Shown here piece by piece: positions 8,680 through 17,763 of a DNA stretch of 64,000 nt. The stretch covers positions 1 through 64,000 of IMG/VR virus record IMGVR_UViG_3300029305_001653; one strand, given 5' to 3'. The notes under the pieces are model-generated. The model had not been told where the DNA came from. It was given only the letters and a program-made list of their open reading frames with translations, and made no database searches. This stretch comes from a virus (taxonomy: Duplodnaviria > Caudoviricetes). Position 1 is the first letter of the stretch. Each line of letters begins with the position of its first letter. A program made the translations under genes and the position numbers.

Positions 8680-8954
8680 TCTCCATTTCTGAGTGGTACA
8701 CCTCATCTTCCATGACGATGGGTAAAAAGGCGAGATCAATGAGAGGCATACTCGTTGATACGTACTAATGGAGAGTAGCGTTCGGGACTACGTTAGTGTC
8801 CAAGTAGAGTAAATGCTGACTCTGCGTGAGGAGTATTATGTGCATCCTTCGACAGTTTGGAGTACGGAAAGGTATAATAAGGTGATCATAGTAAAATAGT
8901 TCGCATATTTCTCTTAGAAGATGATTACCTTGTGAGGTAAAAACTGTCCCTCAC
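8680..8954 (+). ncRNA. Unassigned structured RNA candidate with a possible pseudoknot
   Basis: Stems 8680-87/8767-74, 8735-43/8751-59, 8879-89/8921-31, 8932-37/8949-54; loop-loop complement GACAGTTT 8851-58 with AAACTGTC 8941-48. Confidence 0.55.
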
Positions 8955-9041
8955 GCTGGTGTGATGGAATAGGCAGACATTCAGGACTTAAAATCTTGTG
9001 CTAGTAATAGCGTACGAGTTCAAGTCTCGTCACCAGCACCA
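8955..9041 (+). tRNA. tRNA-Leu(TAA)
   Basis: CAGGA-CTTAAAA-TCTTG arm, long variable arm, CCA. Confidence 0.93.
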
Positions 9042-9115
9042 GAATAGCGACTACACTCTAAGGAGTGTGAGACTATGAAAATCAGTCTTGACAGCTTGGA
9101 AGAGACAAGCAATAT

Positions 9116-9192
9116 CCAGGTGTAGCTCAGTTTGATAGAGTGCATGGTTTGGGACCATGATGTCGCAGGTTTGAGTCCTGTCACCTGGACCA
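9116..9192 (+). tRNA. tRNA-Pro(TGG)
   Basis: CATGG-TTTGGGA-CCATG arm, CCA; T-loop variant TTTGAGT. Confidence 0.9.
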
Positions 9193-9266
9193 TAAGGCAG
9201 ATAACTGAAAAGTAGGACTGTGGTTAAATTCGCAGATAACCGAAAGAGTAAGACTGCCTTTCTTGT

Positions 9267-9342
9267 GCAGGATTAGTGTCAGCGGTTAGCACATCTGCCT
9301 TCCAAGCAGAAAGGGCGAGTTCGAATCTCGTATCTTGCTCCA
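9267..9342 (+). tRNA. tRNA-Gly(TCC), second non-identical copy
   Basis: TCTGC-CTTCCAA-GCAGA arm, GTTCGAATC, CCA. Confidence 0.9.
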
Positions 9343-9454
9343 AGCTTCTTTAGGTTGCTGTCTTCTATAGAAGCATTACTCAAATCCTTTTAATTTATCC
9401 CACGTTATCTGACAAAGCGGAAAGACGCTTGACAGTAGGACAGACTACATATCT

Positions 9455-9529
9455 AGCGGTGTAGCCAAGAGGTTAAGGCACAGGACTTTGACTCCTGCAT
9501 CGTTGGTTCAACTCCAACTACCGCTGCCA
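9455..9529 (+). tRNA. tRNA-Gln(TTG)
   Basis: CAGGA-CTTTGAC-TCCTG arm, CCA. Confidence 0.92.
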
Positions 9530-9611
9530 TGTGTCAGTTCTTAGCAAATAGTACTCTGACAATAAAAACAAAGGTCCGATTCGTAGTTGAGGGACTGTAA
9601 CCTCACCAGAT

Positions 9612-9698
9612 GGAGAGTTGTGATAATTGGTAGTCGGGCAGTCTTGAAAACTGTTGTGCAGAAATGCATTGTGGGTTCGAGTCCCACACTCTCCGCCA
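9612..9698 (+). tRNA. tRNA-Ser(TGA)
   Basis: GCAGT-CTTGAAA-ACTGT arm, long variable arm, GCCA end. Confidence 0.92.
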
Positions 9699-9699
9699 T

Positions 9700-9984
9700 G
9701 AGTAAGTTAATATTGAGATATGTAGCCCGATAAAGACGATAGGTGAAATGTAAGTAGGTACTTAGCTATTATCGAGATAGCAGGAATGATCCTTACCTAT
9801 GCAGTCCTAAAATTCCTGTGTGGTCAAGACTACATATCAATAGTCAGTGGAAACAAATCCGTAAGGTTGTAACTGGCTCTGGATTCTAAATCTATGAGAG
9901 ATAAGTGCGTAAAACAAGCTTTGTGAATTGACCTCATCAATTACCAAACCTGCTAGTGAGTGGAATGCTCACGATAACTTACTC
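9700..9984 (+). ncRNA. Unassigned ~285-nt multibranch structured RNA candidate
   Basis: Perfect closing stem GAGTAAGTTA/TAACTTACTC; internal GATATGTAG/CTACATATC; long-range TAGCAGG/CCTGCTA; lies between two tRNAs. Confidence 0.6.
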
Positions 9985-9994
9985 TTATATATAT

Positions 9995-10085
9995 GGAGAC
10001 GTACTCAAGTTGGTTAAGAGGACTGACTGCTACTCAGTTAGGTCACGTAAGTGATGCGAGAGTTCGAATCTCTCCGTCTCCGCCA
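9995..10085 (+). tRNA. tRNA-Ser(GCT)
   Basis: ACTGA-CTGCTAC-TCAGT arm, long variable arm, GCCA. Confidence 0.92.
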
Positions 10086-10116
10086 CAAATAAATTAATAG
10101 ATGTTAAGGTGATTTT

Positions 10117-10371
10117 ATGAGATTAATCATGATAGGTACTCCTACTTGTGTAAAGTGTAAAAGTATGAAACCTAATATAAGTGAATACTGTAATCGTGTA
10201 GGTATTCCGTTTAAATATTTTGACTTCTCTCCTGTACTTCCTGAGGATATCAAGTCTTTAATTATAGAGAAAGGTATTAGAACAGTTCCTGTCTTTTTAT
10301 TATACAGAGACAATGATACTACTCCTGCTATTATTACAGGAGATGACATATATTTAGAATTAGATATGTGA
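10117..10371 (+). CDS. Thioredoxin/glutaredoxin (NrdH-like) redoxin
   Basis: PTCVKC CxxC motif and GIRTVP cis-Pro motif. Confidence 0.85.
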   Translation: MRLIMIGTPTCVKCKSMKPNISEYCNRVGIPFKYFDFSPVLPEDIKSLIIEKGIRTVPVFLLYRDNDTTPAIITGDDIYLELDM

Positions 10372-10411
10372 TAATACATAAATTTATTTTAAAAATAATT
10401 TTGAATTAAAG

Positions 10412-10450
10412 AGGGAATCCTGAGATTCTCACGTATTATAATAATGTAAG
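10412..10450 (+). promoter_or_regulatory. Class-1 promoter, copy 2
   Basis: AGGGAAT-N12-ACGTATTATAATAATGTAAG. Confidence 0.85.
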
Positions 10451-10497
10451 GGAAAGTCCTTACGTAATCAAATACTAACTTAAAGGAGAAATGAATT

Positions 10498-11391
10498 ATG
10501 ACTAGATTAAGCACATGGGAGACAGTAGGTACTAAGGCGAATACTAACAATTTTAGAGAATTGTTAGCAAAGTCAAATCTTGATTACAATACTGTGACTG
10601 AGGATCTGTTCATAGAACATGCAGGTACTAAGATCCAAGTACCTAATAAGAAAGTAGTATTACGAGAAGATACGAAAGAGATATTCGGCATAGTGAGTGA
10701 TAGATATCAGCTCTGCCAGAATAGAGAAGCGTTAGAGTTCATAGATTATCTTGATAATGTAACTCTTATAAATGCTGGTAGTGTAGGAGGTTTTGTCTGG
10801 ATGATAGGTAAGCTCCCTGAAGTTACTGTTCTTGGAGATACTGTCACTCCTCATCTCATATTTCAGAATAGTCATGATGGAAGTTGTTCTATAAAGACTA
10901 CTATATGCATGTTGCGTATAGTATGTCAGAATCAGTTCGTAGCCTCTTTTAAAGAATCTCCTGCTACTATAAGTATCAGACATCAAGGAGATATGAATGA
11001 GAAATTAATAGTAGCTAGAGAAACTATGCAGGGAGTCTACGATTATGTGAAGAATTATGATAGTGTAGCTTCTGAGTTAGCTACTAAAAAGATTACTTCA
11101 AAGAAATTTAATGAGATAGTAGAGAAATTCTTCATGATACCTGAAGATGCTTCAGAACGTACTACGGATTCTATATTAGAACGTAGAGAAAGATTTCATC
11201 AAGCATATAATGCAGATGATAATCAGAACTTCAAGGGTACTAAGTGGGGTATGATCAATGCTTACAGTGATCTTATCACTCATGAAGAGTACACAAGAAA
11301 AACTTCAAACTGGGAAACTAATAGATTCATAAATAGTCTTAGTCCTACTACTATGAATGAGTTTATGAGATTTATAGGAGCTGCTGCATAA
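10498..11391 (+). CDS. DUF932/DUF945-family phage/plasmid protein
   Basis: GIVSDRYQLCQN, NSHDGS, RIVCQN, IRHQG, GTKWG..NAYSD motifs. Confidence 0.8.
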   Translation: MTRLSTWETVGTKANTNNFRELLAKSNLDYNTVTEDLFIEHAGTKIQVPNKKVVLREDTKEIFGIVSDRYQLCQNREALEFIDYLDNVTLINAGSVGGFVWMIGKLPEVTVLGDTVTPHLIFQNSHDGSCSIKTTICMLRIVCQNQFVASFKESPATISIRHQGDMNEKLIVARETMQGVYDYVKNYDSVASELATKKITSKKFNEIVEKFFMIPEDASERTTDSILERRERFHQAYNADDNQNFKGTKWGMINAYSDLITHEEYTRKTSNWETNRFINSLSPTTMNEFMRFIGAAA

Positions 11392-11432
11392 GCAGCTCCT
11401 CGTACTAATTATATGATAAGGAGATAAAAGTA

Positions 11433-11711
11433 ATGAAAAGTATTAAGAATTATATTCGAGAGTCTCGTAATCAAGAAGTAGACAATCTTCTGAACAATAT
11501 TCTTACATCGTTAGAAGAAGAAGGACTCTCCGTAGAGTTTGGTAAGATAGGGAAGCGTACAACATATGCATTAATACATGATGCATCTAATGATAAAGAA
11601 ATATTAGGTTATACTTTCTTAAAAGATATGACATTCTATAAAGAGAATGTAGGTAAGTTGAAAGCACTTCAACAAGCTATGGCTCGTAAAAAGTTATCTG
11701 ACAGTGAGTAA
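11433..11711 (+). CDS. Hypothetical phage protein
   Basis: ORF with RBS. Confidence 0.65.
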   Translation: MKSIKNYIRESRNQEVDNLLNNILTSLEEEGLSVEFGKIGKRTTYALIHDASNDKEILGYTFLKDMTFYKENVGKLKALQQAMARKKLSDSE

Positions 11712-11737
11712 ATAATACACAAGGAGAGATTTCTTTA

Positions 11738-12034
11738 GTGGAGGACATCTTAGAGTTCATAAAGATTTTCGATAGACCAGAGACTCGAATACTATTTACA
11801 GAGTGTGCTTGTTACTGGTTCTCTTCTATATTAAAAGAAAGATTCCAGGACTCTATTATAGTGTACAATCCTCACGAGGTACACTTCGCTACACTCATTG
11901 AGGGAAGAGTGTATGATATTACAGGAGTAGTAGAAGATGCAAGAGACTATATCAGTTGGGAATACTACTCTACTATGTATCCTCGTGATGCTGAATTAGT
12001 GCATAGTTGCTGTATTACCTTTGAGAGGAGGTGA
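11738..12034 (+). CDS. Hypothetical phage protein
   Basis: CYWF..IL..HF......YDITG pattern; RBS. Confidence 0.65.
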   Translation: MEDILEFIKIFDRPETRILFTECACYWFSSILKERFQDSIIVYNPHEVHFATLIEGRVYDITGVVEDARDYISWEYYSTMYPRDAELVHSCCITFERR

Positions 12035-12038
12035 TATT

Positions 12039-12726
12039 ATGAAGAAATCTGCAGAATATTTACCCATTTATAGGAGATAAAGTTTATATCTACTCTACTT
12101 CATTGAATGAAGTGATAGAAGGTACTATTGAAGGTTATGCTGATGAGAGTAAGAGAAGATATAAAGTACTCCAATTTATTGATTTAGAAGATAGTAATAT
12201 AAGACACATTGTTTCTTATATCTATGTATTCGAGAGTCAAGAAGAAGCCTTACTATGTAAAGAAGAGTATGCTCTTAAGTCTAATATAGATATAAGAGCA
12301 GGGAATGTAGTGTACCTCTTGGATAAATTAAGATTACCTGTTAGTGATAGGTATGGTATCCCTTGCATGTATCAGGTAGTTTCTGTCTATCGTGATACTA
12401 TGAAAGTAGGATTAGTGACTTCTTACGGAGAGTATATAGGATTATACGACATCTCTTGTATACTATATCTAGAAGAAGGACCTATCTTTAAGAAGGAAGA
12501 TTATGAAGTAGGTACTAAGGTAGTATGGATAGATAATGAAGATATCTATGAAGGTGTAATATCTACATTACACGACTCTACCGCTAGTATAAGTGATATT
12601 AAGAAATTGATGTCTGTAGATTATAAAGTTAGAATACCGTACTGGAAAATACCTGAAGGTCGTAAATCTATGACAGAATCGACTTCTCATGTAATCCACA
12701 CCATCATAGGAGACGATCTCGACTAA
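12039..12726 (+). CDS. SH3/KOW-like repeat protein, apparently frameshifted near 12063
   Basis: Strong RBS before ATG 12039; the +1 frame carries FIGDKVYI, then AGNVVYL and VGTKVVW repeats. Confidence 0.5.
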
Positions 12727-12744
12727 TTAAAGGAGAGATTACCT

Positions 12745-13239
12745 ATGTCAACTAAAGCTAATATAATATTAAGAAATGATATGTCCTTGAGAAGAGAAAT
12801 AGTACTCTATCAACACTCTGATGCTCACCCTAACAATATGACACTCTTGTTAGCTGAGATGCTGAGAGACTCTTACTTAGAGTTTAAAGAATTAGGTGAT
12901 ATTGACTGGTTCCTGAATCCTAGTAAGTTAGCTACATTCATGATTGTAAAATCAATACCTTCAGTTACAGAAGATATGAAACAGTTATTGAAGAAGCTTC
13001 CTGAACCTGCTCGTTACCAGTTAGAGAGTAATTACTTCTTAGGCATGCCTACTTTATTAGTAGAGAGTAGTAGAGTCTCTAACTGTAACTATGATTACAT
13101 TATTACACTGTCTGAAGATACAGAGAATGATTTCTTTGGTTATGAGTTAGAGATAAATAAAATGAACTCTAACAAATTAATCTCTACAGTAATGAAACAT
13201 AAAGAGAATTTACTTCGAGAGAAAGTGAAGAATAAGTAA
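12745..13239 (+). CDS. Hypothetical phage protein
   Basis: MSTKANI..LYQHSDAHP pattern; RBS. Confidence 0.7.
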   Translation: MSTKANIILRNDMSLRREIVLYQHSDAHPNNMTLLLAEMLRDSYLEFKELGDIDWFLNPSKLATFMIVKSIPSVTEDMKQLLKKLPEPARYQLESNYFLGMPTLLVESSRVSNCNYDYIITLSEDTENDFFGYELEINKMNSNKLISTVMKHKENLLREKVKNK

Positions 13240-13277
13240 TACTACTATAAATTAGACGATTATCTAACTATCTCATA

Positions 13278-13308
13278 GCATGGAGTAGAAATTCTCTCCA
13301 TGCTTTTT
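13278..13308 (+). terminator. Rho-independent terminator
   Basis: AGCATGGAG/CTCCATGCT stem followed by a T run. Confidence 0.7.
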
Positions 13309-13413
13309 GACTATTTCTACTAATAAATTCTAACACAGAACCCTAGTAGACACTCGCTTTTAGATGTGTCTGCATTGGACTTATATAAAAATGATATAGA
13401 AAGGAGAACAATT

Positions 13414-15210
13414 ATGAAAACTAGTGCAGAAATCATTAACTCATACTTGTATGAGAAAGACTGGAGAGTCAAGGAGAATAGTAATAATATCAAGAGTATA
13501 GGTTCTCTTGGGAAGTATATTATAGGTGAGGTAGGAAAAGACTACTGGCTCAGAGAAGTATACAATCCTAAGGATGAGAATATAGCTGCAGCACATATCG
13601 GAGGTTATATCCATATCCATGATCTCTCAGGAGTACCTACTCTTTATTGCTGTGGATATTCTCTTAGAGAAATATTAGAGAAAGGAGTAAGAGGTGTCTC
13701 TAATATACCTGTCTCCTCTCCTGCTAAGCATTTCATGTCAGCGTTGAATCAGTTAGTGAATCTCACATCTGTATTTCAGAATGAGATCATGGGAGCGGTT
13801 GCTTTCTCTAATGTAGATACATTACTTGCTCCTTATATCAAGAAAGATAAATTATCTTTCGGAGAAGTGAAGCAGCATCTTCAGAATTTTATATATTCTA
13901 TTAACTCTAACTCTCGTGCAGGAGCAGAACCTGCATTCTCTAATATCACATTAGATCTTACTCCTGATACAGGTATGCTCAATAAGAAAGCAGTCATAGC
14001 AGGAGTAGAACAAGAGTTCACTTATAAAGAGTGTCAACCTGAGATTGATATGTTCAATAGAGCATTCTGTGAAATCATGCTATCAGGAGATGCCTCAGGT
14101 AAATCATTCCCTTATCCTATCCCTACATACAATATCCATAAAAGATTTGATTGGGAAAATCCTAATAATGAACTCCTATGGGAGATGGCAGGTAAATACG
14201 GTATTCCTTACTTCGCTAACTTCATTAACTCAGATATGGATCCAGAGGAAGCTCGTTCTATGTGCTGTCGTCTAAGACTAGACATGAGAGAACTCTCTAA
14301 GAGATATGGAGGATTATTCGGCTCAGGAGATTCTACAGGTTCTATCGGAGTAGTTACAATCAATCTCCCTAGATTAGCATATCTCGCAGAGAAAGCTAGG
14401 AAGGAAGAAGACAAGAATAGTATCGAAGAATTCTATAAGCTCCTTACTTACTATATGGACTTAGCTAAAGATTCTCTAGTAATCAAGAGAGAATATATCA
14501 AGAATGAAATCTTAGATGAACATCTATTACCTGCCTTCGAAGAATATGTAGGTACACTAGATAATCACTTCAATACTATAGGATTAGTAGGTATGAATGA
14601 AATGTGCCTCAATCTATTAGGTAAAGATATCAGAGATCAAGAGTCTCATAAATTCTCTCTCGAAATATTAGATTATATGAGAGATAAGCTCTCTGATTAT
14701 CAGGAAGAGACACATCAATTATTCAACCTAGAAGCTACACCTGCTGAGTCTACATGTTATCGCTTAGCTAAGATAGACGTAGAAGAATTTGGAGATAGTA
14801 TCATCACACAAGGTACTATTGATGCTCCTTATTATACTAACTCTTGTCACATGGCAGTAAAAGATGTAGAATCTATAAAGCAGTTATTCGATCATCAGGA
14901 TGAACTACAGACTAAGTTCACAGGAGGAACTGTAGTACATATCTACTTAGAAGGACCTATTACAGGTAAGCAAGCTAAGCAGATAATCAAGACAGTAATG
15001 AATGAGTACTCTGTGCCTTATGTAAGTTTATCTCCTCTCAATACTATCTGTCCTGAACATGGACTCCTTATGAGATCTTCTGATGTCTGCCCTACATGTG
15101 GTAGAGAGACAGAACGTTATCAGCGTATTACTGGATACATTAGAAATGTGAAGAATTATAATCCTGGTAAGACTTCTGAGTTCAATGATAGAAATCAGAT
15201 TAGAGCATAA
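13414..15210 (+). CDS. nrdD: Anaerobic (class III) ribonucleoside-triphosphate reductase
   Basis: HIHDL, SMCCRL, GSIGVVTINLPR, EATPAES, YYTNS, C-terminal CPEH/CPTC and RITGY glycyl-radical motif. Confidence 0.96.
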   Translation: MKTSAEIINSYLYEKDWRVKENSNNIKSIGSLGKYIIGEVGKDYWLREVYNPKDENIAAAHIGGYIHIHDLSGVPTLYCCGYSLREILEKGVRGVSNIPVSSPAKHFMSALNQLVNLTSVFQNEIMGAVAFSNVDTLLAPYIKKDKLSFGEVKQHLQNFIYSINSNSRAGAEPAFSNITLDLTPDTGMLNKKAVIAGVEQEFTYKECQPEIDMFNRAFCEIMLSGDASGKSFPYPIPTYNIHKRFDWENPNNELLWEMAGKYGIPYFANFINSDMDPEEARSMCCRLRLDMRELSKRYGGLFGSGDSTGSIGVVTINLPRLAYLAEKARKEEDKNSIEEFYKLLTYYMDLAKDSLVIKREYIKNEILDEHLLPAFEEYVGTLDNHFNTIGLVGMNEMCLNLLGKDIRDQESHKFSLEILDYMRDKLSDYQEETHQLFNLEATPAESTCYRLAKIDVEEFGDSIITQGTIDAPYYTNSCHMAVKDVESIKQLFDHQDELQTKFTGGTVVHIYLEGPITGKQAKQIIKTVMNEYSVPYVSLSPLNTICPEHGLLMRSSDVCPTCGRETERYQRITGYIRNVKNYNPGKTSEFNDRNQIRA

Positions 15211-15365
15211 ATTGTCTGTACTGTACTGGATATAATAGATATAATATAATAGAGTAGGATATCATACTATGGTACGCATGTATAATAAATCGTGTATCGA
15301 GTCATAGGTATTCCCTAGGTGTCCTACTCTTATATCAATATCTCTAATTGAGGAGGATTAAGAGT

Positions 15366-15974
15366 ATGATTATAACTATATCTGGAGCAGCTTGTACTGG
15401 TAAGACTACATTATTATCTCATATGAGAGATAGATTCTACTATTCTGATGTACCTATATACTACTACGAGGAATTCATCAGGACAGTATTCGATAGTCAC
15501 TATAAGGAGAAGTACGACTCATTTGAAGATCTCTTAGAAGGAGATCCTATAGATATAATAGACATACAAAAGGAAACAGCTAGATTATTTAATGAGATAT
15601 TATGGAGTTCTGAGCCTAATAGTATATTAGTCTTTGATAGATCTCCATTAGATATATCTATTTATCTCTACATGAATATGTCTGATTATCTAACTGACAG
15701 TGTATTACTCGAGAAGTATAGAGAAGCTTCTAAGTATATCTATAGATGTAGTCTTGATTTCATGAATCACAATCCTAAGATATTCTATACTAGACCTTTC
15801 AGTGATGAGATAGAAGATGATGGATTCAGACCTAACTCTCTCATATCTAGAAGATCACTAGAATTATCTTTATTCGATGAGAAATTCTTATCACTACCTG
15901 GAGTGAATATACTACCTGATAGTTTAGGAGATAGATTAAAGGTAATAGAGTCCGTACTTGACTTAGGTAAATAA
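15366..15974 (+). CDS. P-loop nucleoside/nucleotide kinase-like protein
   Basis: ITISGAACTGKTT, VFDRSPLD, DDGFR motifs. Confidence 0.75.
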   Translation: MIITISGAACTGKTTLLSHMRDRFYYSDVPIYYYEEFIRTVFDSHYKEKYDSFEDLLEGDPIDIIDIQKETARLFNEILWSSEPNSILVFDRSPLDISIYLYMNMSDYLTDSVLLEKYREASKYIYRCSLDFMNHNPKIFYTRPFSDEIEDDGFRPNSLISRRSLELSLFDEKFLSLPGVNILPDSLGDRLKVIESVLDLGK

Positions 15975-16058
15975 TCTATTGTATGGAGCTGTAAGTATCT
16001 AATAATCATGTATAATTACTCCACGTATATTGTGTTATACTAAGAGAGGTGATTAAAT

Positions 16059-16850
16059 TTGCATGATTTAGATTTAATATTACATAAAATACCTAGTAGA
16101 GAGATAACTGTTATCCCTGTATCTGACGTGCATCTAGGAGCTATAGAACACTGTCAGAGAGAGTGGGAGAACTTCTGTAATATAGTGAGGGATACTCCAG
16201 ATACTTATATTACACTAGGAGGAGACCTTATCAATAACTCTATCAGATCTAGTGTAGCTAATCCATTTGATGAGATTATGAGACCTAGAGAACAGAAGAA
16301 GAGAATGGTAGAGTATCTTACTCCTATCAGAGATAGAATATTATGTGCAGTATCAGGTAATCATGAAGCTAGGTCAGCTAAAGAAACTGATACAGATATA
16401 ACTTATGATATCATGGCTAAGCTTGACTTAGAAGATATCTATAGAGAGAATGCTGCATTTATTAAACTTTCTTTAGGTAGTAGATCTTCTGGTAGTGATA
16501 GATCATATGTATCATACATATTATGTGTGACTCATGGTACAGGTGGAGGAATCTATACAGGTGCTGCAGTTAATCGTAATGAAAGATTTAGTCATATGAT
16601 AGAAGGAGTAGATTGTTTCTTCATAGGACATACTCACAAAGGTACTGTATCAAGACCTACTAAGTTAGTAGTAGATAGTAATAGTAATAAAATATATACT
16701 AGATCTATAACAGTAGTATCCTCTGAGTCTTGGCTCAATTATGGAGGTTATGCTCTGAAGAAGATGTTGTTACCTAGTGAGGTAGCTAATCCTCAGAGAG
16801 TAATCTTTAAAGGAAGGTATGATAATAAGAAGATAGAAGTAGTATGGTAG
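16059..16850 (+). CDS. Calcineurin-like metallophosphoesterase
   Basis: SDVHLG, GGDLIN, GNHE, THG, GHTH motifs. Confidence 0.9.
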   Translation: MHDLDLILHKIPSREITVIPVSDVHLGAIEHCQREWENFCNIVRDTPDTYITLGGDLINNSIRSSVANPFDEIMRPREQKKRMVEYLTPIRDRILCAVSGNHEARSAKETDTDITYDIMAKLDLEDIYRENAAFIKLSLGSRSSGSDRSYVSYILCVTHGTGGGIYTGAAVNRNERFSHMIEGVDCFFIGHTHKGTVSRPTKLVVDSNSNKIYTRSITVVSSESWLNYGGYALKKMLLPSEVANPQRVIFKGRYDNKKIEVVW

Positions 16851-16879
16851 CTCTTACAATTATATAAATTAAATTTACT

Positions 16880-16938
16880 AAATCCCTCCTAATTTTAGGA
16901 GGGATTTCTTTTTATTTTACGTATTATAATAATGTAAG
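16880..16938 (+). promoter_or_regulatory. Terminator fused to class-1 promoter (copy 3)
   Basis: Hairpin AAATCCCTCCTAA/TTAGGAGGGATTT plus T run; its 3' arm supplies the AGGGATT element, followed by ACGTATTATAATAATGTAAG. Confidence 0.85.
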
Positions 16939-16980
16939 GGTGAAAGAAACACCATAATAACTATTAAAGGAGATAATATC

Positions 16981-17304
16981 ATGAAGTACAGTGAAATGAA
17001 TGATCGTCAGAAGAAAGCATATAAGAATATCAAGTACGCAGCTTACAACCTTATCGGAACTCTTGAGAACAGTCTCTCTGATTATGATGAGTCTGATGAT
17101 TATTACCAGTATGCTGATGAGATGCTCAATGATCACGATGCTCTTGTTAATGAAGTCTACGATATGGCAACTACAGGATACTATCGTGAAGGATTCGAAG
17201 GGTTTGGTCCTCAGTATGAGGAGATGGTACGTGATATCAGATTCTGTGGTAAGGAATTCTTGATGTCCTTAGTAGAAGCTAGAGTATGTGAAGAAGGTTA
17301 TTAA
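16981..17304 (+). CDS. Hypothetical early protein
   Basis: ORF after promoter and AAAGGAG. Confidence 0.75.
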   Translation: MKYSEMNDRQKKAYKNIKYAAYNLIGTLENSLSDYDESDDYYQYADEMLNDHDALVNEVYDMATTGYYREGFEGFGPQYEEMVRDIRFCGKEFLMSLVEARVCEEGY

Positions 17305-17369
17305 TTCTTGTGAGTAGAGGGAGTGGTACTCCCTCTTTAATTAAATATAACTTAAAGGAGAAATGAATC

Positions 17370-17618
17370 ATGAGTAAAATTCAATTAAAGTTTGATAGCG
17401 ACAATCCTAGTATGCTCCGTAACCTGATGAAGGAGTATGGTGATATTGAATATCCTCTCTTCGGTAAGAATGATCAAGGTGAAGATACGGAAATACATAT
17501 CAGTAAGGATAGTATCATCTATAAGACATACCAGAGTAATGGATGGCTTAGAGTGAATTACTACGGTGAAGATGGGTATCCTGAAGGTGAGTCATTCGAA
17601 GGTAAGTGGTCTAAATAA
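17370..17618 (+). CDS. Hypothetical early protein
   Basis: TAACTTAAAGGAG leader. Confidence 0.75.
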   Translation: MSKIQLKFDSDNPSMLRNLMKEYGDIEYPLFGKNDQGEDTEIHISKDSIIYKTYQSNGWLRVNYYGEDGYPEGESFEGKWSK

Positions 17619-17620
17619 GA

Positions 17621-17659
17621 AGGGATTCTTGATTATATCACGTATTATAATAATGTAAG
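17621..17659 (+). promoter_or_regulatory. Class-1 promoter, copy 4
   Basis: AGGGATT-N12-ACGTATTATAATAATGTAAG. Confidence 0.85.
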
Positions 17660-17763
17660 GGTGAAGGAAGACGATATGTGAGAAGATCTCTTATGAGTGT
17701 GAGTACAGAAATCTTCCTTCTATCTCTTGAGTAACTAAAATATAACTTAAAGGAGATAAGAGA

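Noticed and set aside
9532-9573. preQ1-I riboswitch-like hairpin plus A-rich tail
   Set aside because: Tail is CAAAG rather than CTAA so the pseudoknot pairing is broken, the loop is oversized, and no downstream queuosine gene follows
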